Source: a bacterium (GTDB taxonomy: Bacteria > Zhuqueibacterota > QNDG01 > JAGLOF01). From it: a DNA stretch of 64,000 nt. Below the pieces are notes generated by a model. The model saw nothing but the letters and a program-made list of their open reading frames with translations, made no database searches and was not told where the DNA came from. The stretch is taken from positions 2,446 to 66,445 of the forward strand of contig JAGLOF010000023.1 in assembly GCA_023139105.1 (NCBI GenBank), written 5' to 3'. Made by a program: the position numbers and the translations under genes. Below are positions 58,547 through 64,000 of the stretch, one piece after another. Position 1 is the first letter of the stretch; each line of letters begins with the position of its first letter.

Positions 58547-59538
58547 TTAAAAAATGTCTCCAATGCATCAACAATTTTCAATTTTACAGTTTGGGCATCT
58601 CCGCATATAGTAGCCCCTGCTGCACGACGATGTCCACCACCTCCAAAAATTTTGGCAACTTCATTGACATCAACATGGTTTTTGGACCGAAAACTTACAC
58701 GGAAACAGTCTTTATTATGTTCTTTCATAAAAAATTCTACTTCAGTGCCATCAACTGCAAGGAGATTATCAACAAAGCCTTCAGTATCAATATGATCATG
58801 CTTACACATAAAATCATTTGACAGAACCATGGAAGCTACTTTACCCTGATAATGAAACTGAAGTGTAGAAAGCGATTCAACCAGCCCTAGAATAGTTGAC
58901 TGTGATGATCTGAAATAAATTTTATCTGCAATATCAGCTGAAGACGCTCCTTCAGAAACCATTTTTGAACATATGTCTAAAGCCCTGGCTGAAGTGTTGG
59001 GAAAAGTAAATCTGCCTGTATCACAAATAATACCAGAATAAACCAGTGTTGCTACATTACTATTCATCTTTACATTACAGTACTCAAGAACCTGCCATGT
59101 AACTTCTGCTGCAGAACTTGCTTCTCCAACAACAAGATTAATATCACCAAAATAGTCATTGCTGACATGATGGTCAATATTAATTAAAGTTGCTGACTTG
59201 GGAATAATTTTCTCTATATCTCCCAGGCGAGAGATATTTGAAGCATCAAGTGCAAAAACAATATCCGGCTGGCCCAATCTTCCATCAGCTACATCAGTGA
59301 TTATTTCATGAAAAGAATGGAAAAAATCAAATTTACGTGGAATATGATCATCAACTATTGCAATAACATTTTTAGAATGTTGTTCAAGCAATAGTTTCAT
59401 CAATAACATTGAAGCCAGGCCATCGCCATCCGGGTGTATGTGCGTTGTTACCCAAAAATTTTGATGCTTATTAATAAGATCAGCTATCTGTTTTGAAATA
59501 TTGGTAATGTCATTCATTGTAGAATCCCGGTGGATCAT
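58543..59538 (-). CDS. nrnA: DHH/DHHA1 phosphoesterase (NrnA-like oligoribonuclease/pAp phosphatase)
   Basis: THIHPDGDGLAS, NIDHHVSN and FGGGGHRRAAGA. Confidence 0.85.
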   Translation of the reverse strand: MIHRDSTMNDITNISKQIADLINKHQNFWVTTHIHPDGDGLASMLLMKLLLEQHSKNVIAIVDDHIPRKFDFFHSFHEIITDVADGRLGQPDIVFALDASNISRLGDIEKIIPKSATLINIDHHVSNDYFGDINLVVGEASSAAEVTWQVLEYCNVKMNSNVATLVYSGIICDTGRFTFPNTSARALDICSKMVSEGASSADIADKIYFRSSQSTILGLVESLSTLQFHYQGKVASMVLSNDFMCKHDHIDTEGFVDNLLAVDGTEVEFFMKEHNKDCFRVSFRSKNHVDVNEVAKIFGGGGHRRAAGATICGDAQTVKLKIVDALETFFN

Positions 59539-59900
59539 TCAGGCTCTTCCGTATCTAAATCATCTTGAACACTATTTAGCAACTCTTCAATACGGGCACC
59601 ATATGCCAGGGATTTATCAATATAGAAATCAATTTCCGGCATAAAGCGAATGCGGATGCGTGAAGCGGTTTCGGTTTGAATAAATTTTCTGGCACCCTTC
59701 AATATTTTCAAAGAATTCTTTAATTGCTCCTCTTCTCCCAGAACACTGAAGTATATCTTTGCATAACGCAAATCATCAGACATTTCTACATCTGTTACAG
59801 TAACAAAACCAATTCGAGGGTCACTCAGACGTGTTCTGATAACTTCACTAACAGCAGTCTTTATTTGACCACCTACTTGAAATTTTCTTTTACCTCTCAT
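59535..59900 (-). CDS. rbfA: Ribosome-binding factor A
   Basis: DPRIGFVTVTDVEMSDDLRYAKIYFSV and RIRFMPEIDFYID. Confidence 0.9.
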   Translation of the reverse strand: MRGKRKFQVGGQIKTAVSEVIRTRLSDPRIGFVTVTDVEMSDDLRYAKIYFSVLGEEEQLKNSLKILKGARKFIQTETASRIRIRFMPEIDFYIDKSLAYGARIEELLNSVQDDLDTEEPE

Positions 59901-59935
59901 ATCATAAGCCAGGGAATACCCTGCAATCTATCTTT

Positions 59936-60217
59936 TTAATAAATATCCACAACCTGGTTAACTATCTCTATTCTATTATCTTTATCAATTGCATTAATTA
60001 TTTTTGATAAAACTGTATCTAAAAAACGACGATCATTTGACACACACGCTATTCCCAATACAGATCTTTGCCATTTATCAAGATAATCAACTTCTGCAAT
60101 TGAAACGTTAAAGTCTTTCTTAATTTTTGCTTTTATACTACGAAGCACAAATCTTTTTTCTTTTAAAGAAAAAGTAGCATGAAGTAGTAATTCAACCTGA
60201 AGTGATGCAATAAGCAT
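59936..60217 (-). CDS. DUF503 (YlxP-like) protein
   Basis: 93 aa. LHATFSLKEKRFVLRSIKAKIKKDFNVSIAEVDYLDKWQRSVLGIACVSND, in the conserved position between infB and rbfA. Confidence 0.8.
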   Translation of the reverse strand: MLIASLQVELLLHATFSLKEKRFVLRSIKAKIKKDFNVSIAEVDYLDKWQRSVLGIACVSNDRRFLDTVLSKIINAIDKDNRIEIVNQVVDIY

Positions 60218-60220
60218 AAT

Positions 60221-62932
60221 TTATAGAGTCCTGGCTTCTTCCTCCAGCGTGTATGCTTCAATAATATCACCTTCCTTTACATCTTTGAAGCCATCTACTG
60301 TCAGACCGCACTCATAACCTGATGCAACTTCTTTAGTATCATCCTGGAATCGTTTCAGTGAAGATAATTTACCTTCAAATATTGATTCGCCGTCACGCCT
60401 TACTCTTACATTTGCATTGCGGACGATTTTTCCATCAGTCACATAACATCCAGCAATTAGCCCAACCTTGGATGCACGGAAAACCGCTCTGACTTCAACT
60501 GTACCCATTGCTTTTTCAATAATATCAGGTTCCAGCATACCTTCAAGTGCCAAACGCACATCTTCTACAACATCATATATGATTTTATAAAGTCTAATCT
60601 CAACTTTCTCTTTATTTGCCAACTCCCTGGCCTGAACATTCGGATGGACATGAAAGCCTAATATTATAGCCTGGGATGCTGTTGCCAGATCTACATCAGA
60701 TTCTGATATATCACCAACACCTTTATGTATAATTCGAACAGCTACATCATCAGTAGAAAGCTGCATCAGTGAATCTGCCAAAGCTTCTGTGGAACCGTCA
60801 ACATCACCCTTAATTATTATTGACAATTCTCTGACTTGACCTTCAGCAATTTGCTTCCCTATTTGATCTAATGTTAAAAGACGATGCTGGCGGAAACTTT
60901 GTTCTCTTTTTAATTGCTGCCGCTTCAAACCAATTTCTCTGGCCTCTTGCTCTGAGCCTAAAACTGCCATAACATCTCCCGCCTGGGGCATTCCATTAAA
61001 ACCAAGAACCTGTACAGGCGTAGAGGGCGGAGCCGAATCCATTTTTTTACCACTTTCATCAAACATTGCGCGAACACGACCATTAAATTGTCCGGCAATA
61101 AATGAATCACCTATGTGCAATGTACCTTTTTTGATCAATATTGTACCAACAACACCGCGCCCCTTGTCCATCATTGCTTCTATAACCACACCACGCGGTA
61201 AAGCACCCGGATCAGCTTTAAGTTCAAGCAGTTCTGCTTCCAGCAGAATCAACTCTAAAATATGCTCAACACCCATACCGGTTTTTGCTGAAATTTCAGC
61301 TGCCTGTACTTTGCCGCCCCACTCTTCAACAAGGACATCAAAATCTGCTAATTTTTTCTTGATGAGATCAGAATTAGCATTAGGTAAATCCATCTTATTA
61401 ATTGCCACAATCATTGGTACGCCGGCGGCTTTTGCGTGATTAATAGCTTCAATAGTCTGGGGCATGACATTATCATCAGCAGCAACAACAAGTATTACAA
61501 TATCGGTAACTTGAGCACCGCGTGCACGCATGGCTGTGAAGGCCTCATGACCAGGTGTATCAAGAAATGCAATTCTCTTGCCGTTGTTTTCTACTTCATA
61601 GGCACCGATATGCTGCGTAATACCACCCGATTCACCAGAGATGACATTACTTTTTCGAATAAAGTCAAGAAGAGATGTCTTGCCATGATCAACATGTCCC
61701 ATAATTGTAACAACAGGAGCCCTGTCCACCATTTTTGTGATATCATCTTCTTCTTCAGGTATCTCCTCTGCCTTTTCCTCGCCATATTCAGTCTGAAAAT
61801 CTACTTCATAATCAAACTCATCAGCCACCATTATAATAGTATCACGATCCAGACGCTGGTTGATTGAAACCATAAGTCCAAGAGAGAAACATGCCTTGAT
61901 TACATCACTGGCTTCCACATCCATGATGTTTGCCAATTCGTGAACAGAAGCGAATTCAGTAGTCCTGATAGACATTACTTCAATTTCAGCATCAGACTCC
62001 TCAGTACGCTCTTTCTTACGTTTTTTACGCTTGGTACCTGAATCATCCATCTTTGCCAATGTAGATTTTATTGATGCTTGTATTTCTTTTTCATCTATTA
62101 CAACTGCCGGACGTCTTTTCTTTTTACGGCGGCGCTTCTTTTTATTTGCACTATCTGTATCACTACTCTGTTTTTCTTTAACATCATCACGTTTGCCGGA
62201 TTTGTTTTTCCGCCTATGTTTACTGCCACTGCCATCTTCTTTCTCGCTTTTTTCCGGTGATTCGGATGAAGGACGGCGTTTCAGCTGGCGTTTCGGCTTA
62301 TTATCGGATTTATCAGAAGTAGTTGACTTCTCGTGTGATTTGCCAGGTGCATCAGCTGTATCTCGAGATTGCGCTCTGCTATGCTCTTTTTTACCTGAAG
62401 TTGACTTGGGTACTTCTTTATGTTCATGTCTTATATGTTTTTCTTTCCCGGATTTTACATTTCCGGTTCTGACCACTTCTTCTTTGGTTCCAACAACTAC
62501 AGCCTCTACCTTTTCCTGGGCAACTGTGTCTACAGATAAGGCAGTATCTTTTTCCATTGGTTTTTGTGGTTTTTTATGTGGCTTCGGATGCGTAATCTCC
62601 AATGTTTTAACTGGCTCAAAAACCTCACGACGTGACATCTCTAATAATTCATCAATCTCATGCCGAACGGCTTCTCTCCGTGCTTCTTCAACATTACGCT
62701 TTTCTTCAAGTTTTTTACGGAAATCAGATTGTTTTTCAGCTTCCGTCTCTTCACGCGTAAAATTTTTGGACACCAGTTGGAACATCTGTTCATTTATTGG
62801 TGCCATATGATTACGCACTTTGAATTTATGCGAAGCTAAAAATTCAATCAAAGTTTCATTGGCAATATTAAAGTCTTTTGCAACTTGATAGACTCTTAAT
62901 TTTTTCACGTTTTTGCCCTTATCAGTAGTCAA
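60221..62932 (-). CDS. infB: Translation initiation factor IF-2
   Basis: G-domain VTIMGHVDHGKTSLLD, DTPGHEAF and NKMD. Long Lys/Arg/Ser/Glu-rich N-terminal region. Confidence 0.97.
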   Translation of the reverse strand: MTTDKGKNVKKLRVYQVAKDFNIANETLIEFLASHKFKVRNHMAPINEQMFQLVSKNFTREETEAEKQSDFRKKLEEKRNVEEARREAVRHEIDELLEMSRREVFEPVKTLEITHPKPHKKPQKPMEKDTALSVDTVAQEKVEAVVVGTKEEVVRTGNVKSGKEKHIRHEHKEVPKSTSGKKEHSRAQSRDTADAPGKSHEKSTTSDKSDNKPKRQLKRRPSSESPEKSEKEDGSGSKHRRKNKSGKRDDVKEKQSSDTDSANKKKRRRKKKRRPAVVIDEKEIQASIKSTLAKMDDSGTKRKKRKKERTEESDAEIEVMSIRTTEFASVHELANIMDVEASDVIKACFSLGLMVSINQRLDRDTIIMVADEFDYEVDFQTEYGEEKAEEIPEEEDDITKMVDRAPVVTIMGHVDHGKTSLLDFIRKSNVISGESGGITQHIGAYEVENNGKRIAFLDTPGHEAFTAMRARGAQVTDIVILVVAADDNVMPQTIEAINHAKAAGVPMIVAINKMDLPNANSDLIKKKLADFDVLVEEWGGKVQAAEISAKTGMGVEHILELILLEAELLELKADPGALPRGVVIEAMMDKGRGVVGTILIKKGTLHIGDSFIAGQFNGRVRAMFDESGKKMDSAPPSTPVQVLGFNGMPQAGDVMAVLGSEQEAREIGLKRQQLKREQSFRQHRLLTLDQIGKQIAEGQVRELSIIIKGDVDGSTEALADSLMQLSTDDVAVRIIHKGVGDISESDVDLATASQAIILGFHVHPNVQARELANKEKVEIRLYKIIYDVVEDVRLALEGMLEPDIIEKAMGTVEVRAVFRASKVGLIAGCYVTDGKIVRNANVRVRRDGESIFEGKLSSLKRFQDDTKEVASGYECGLTVDGFKDVKEGDIIEAYTLEEEARTL

Positions 62933-62960
62933 TCTGATCCCTTATATACTGTTATATTTT

Positions 62961-64000
62961 CTATTCTTCTTTATTCTTTTTCTCAACTTTAGCCGCATTA
63001 TTATCAGCCGACTCTTCGTAATAAGAATTGAGTATATCAATTATTCTTTCAACGGTTTTTGGTCCGAAACCTTTGAGCTTATTAAGAGTATCTGCTCCGG
63101 CATCCAAAATTTCATCAGCGGTTTCAAAACCGGCATCAGTCAATTTCTCTACAACTGCGGCAGATAATTCCGGAATTTCTCCAAGCAACAAGCTTTCATC
63201 TTTTGTTTCTGTATCCTGCCACTCTGACTCTTTAACAGTAGTAATTTCATAACCTGTCAATCTGGATGCAAGTTGACGATTTTGTCCTCCACGGCCGATT
63301 GCCAGAGATATTTGATCATCAGAGATGATTGCAAAAGCAGTCTTATTCTCTTTGTTCATTATTATCCTGGATGGTTTGGCTGGACTCAGGGCACGATTAA
63401 TAATAATTTCCGGTTCGCTCGATGCATTAATAACATCGATTTTTTCATTATTCAACTCTTTAACAATAGCTTGAATACGTACACCCTTAAGACCAACACA
63501 TGCACCTACAGCATCAATACGTTTATCATTTGAAAATACTGCAACCTTGGCGCGGTCACCAGGAAAACGAGCCACTTTTCTTATCTCGATTATACCATCA
63601 TATATTTCCGGCACCTCAATCTCAAAAAGTCTTATTAAAAATCTCTCATCTGTACGTGAAACTATTACTTCCGGACCTCTGTGTGTCTTGGCAACATCTT
63701 TGATTACAGCACGAATTGTCTCTCCACGATGATAACGCTCATTATAAATCTGTTCTGATCTTGGTAGCGATACTTCCATATTTTCCACTGAGATCAAGAC
63801 TTCATCACGATTAATCTGCCTGATATCACCTACAATTATTTCACCAACACGATCTTTAAACTCTTCAAACAGAACTTCTTTCTCAGCTTCTCGAATTTTT
63901 TGATTCAGACTCTGCTTGGCCGAGGTAATTAATCTACGTCCAAATGCAGCCGGACTTATAATTTCAATATATTCGTCACCCAGTTCCAGGTCAGGCTCAA
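62961..64000 (-). CDS. nusA: Transcription termination/antitermination factor NusA (5' end beyond the window)
   Basis: The track ORF starts at an internal TTG, but the frame stays open to position 64000 (...GDEYIEIISPAAFGRRLITSAKQSLNQKIREAEKEVLFEEFKDRVGEIIVGDIRQINRDEVLISVENMEV...). It contains S1, two KH domains (GACVGLKGVRIQAIVKEL; LAIGRGGQNRQLASRLTG) and a C-terminal HhH region. Confidence 0.93.
   Translation of the reverse strand, partial: EPDLELGDEYIEIISPAAFGRRLITSAKQSLNQKIREAEKEVLFEEFKDRVGEIIVGDIRQINRDEVLISVENMEVSLPRSEQIYNERYHRGETIRAVIKDVAKTHRGPEVIVSRTDERFLIRLFEIEVPEIYDGIIEIRKVARFPGDRAKVAVFSNDKRIDAVGACVGLKGVRIQAIVKELNNEKIDVINASSEPEIIINRALSPAKPSRIIMNKENKTAFAIISDDQISLAIGRGGQNRQLASRLTGYEITTVKESEWQDTETKDESLLLGEIPELSAAVVEKLTDAGFETADEILDAGADTLNKLKGFGPKTVERIIDILNSYYEESADNNAAKVEKKNKEE

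Noticed and set aside
61900-62560. Lys/Arg/Ser-rich low-complexity coding stretch; considered as a foreign insertion
   Set aside because: It is in frame within infB and is typical of the variable, highly charged IF-2 N-terminal region.
62031-62810. 259-aa plus-strand ORF (plus 62078..62260) antisense to infB
   Set aside because: Its Ser/Phe/Leu/Cys-rich low-complexity translation is the mirror image of the Lys/Glu/Arg-rich IF-2 N-terminal region. The minus-strand IF-2 frame is unambiguous.

Overview
This is a 64-kb, low-GC chromosomal segment from a diderm bacterium. LolCDE, a GWxTD/TPR protein, beta-barrel OMPs and HDFNN-type PAS kinases suggest an FCB-superphylum-like lineage, but that is only an inference. 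All ~58 genes I can support lie on the minus strand, mostly with overlapping or near-abutting stop/start codons.

Layout:
- (1) 1-23.5 kb: a Wzx/Wzy-dependent exopolysaccharide (EPS) locus. It runs from an OmpR-type regulator to a Wzx flippase and is followed by a secreted beta-helix/PKD protein. That protein is absent from the supplied ORF track because it runs off the window.
- (2) 23.8-34.8 kb: housekeeping genes (cdsA, GWxTD protein, OMP, clpC, lolD/lolC, lysS, and prfB with its programmed +1 frameshift).
- (3) 35.1-44.1 kb: a signalling island holding two soluble hybrid PAS histidine kinases, a degenerate (ATP-lid-less) kinase-like protein, a sigma-54 enhancer-binding response regulator, a CheY-like protein and a REC-PAS-DHp protein with no ATPase domain. 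Sigma-54-type promoters sit in its intergenic gaps.
- (4) 44.06-44.64 kb: a 580-bp non-coding island with very strong inverted repeats.
- (5) 44.6-64 kb: housekeeping genes, including dinB, rlmH, pnp, rpsO, ribF, truB, nrnA-like, rbfA, DUF503, infB and nusA (5' end off window).

I saw no rRNA, tRNA, CRISPR array, transposase or integrase.

The best candidates for novelty are:
- an ATP-grasp / PSD-type decarboxylase / formyltransferase / B12-radical-SAM cassette embedded in the EPS operon;
- the putative hybrid-kinase -> pseudo-kinase phosphotransferase -> sigma-54 activator relay;
- the structured non-coding island.

Everything rests on reading motifs by eye. No searches or folding computations were run.
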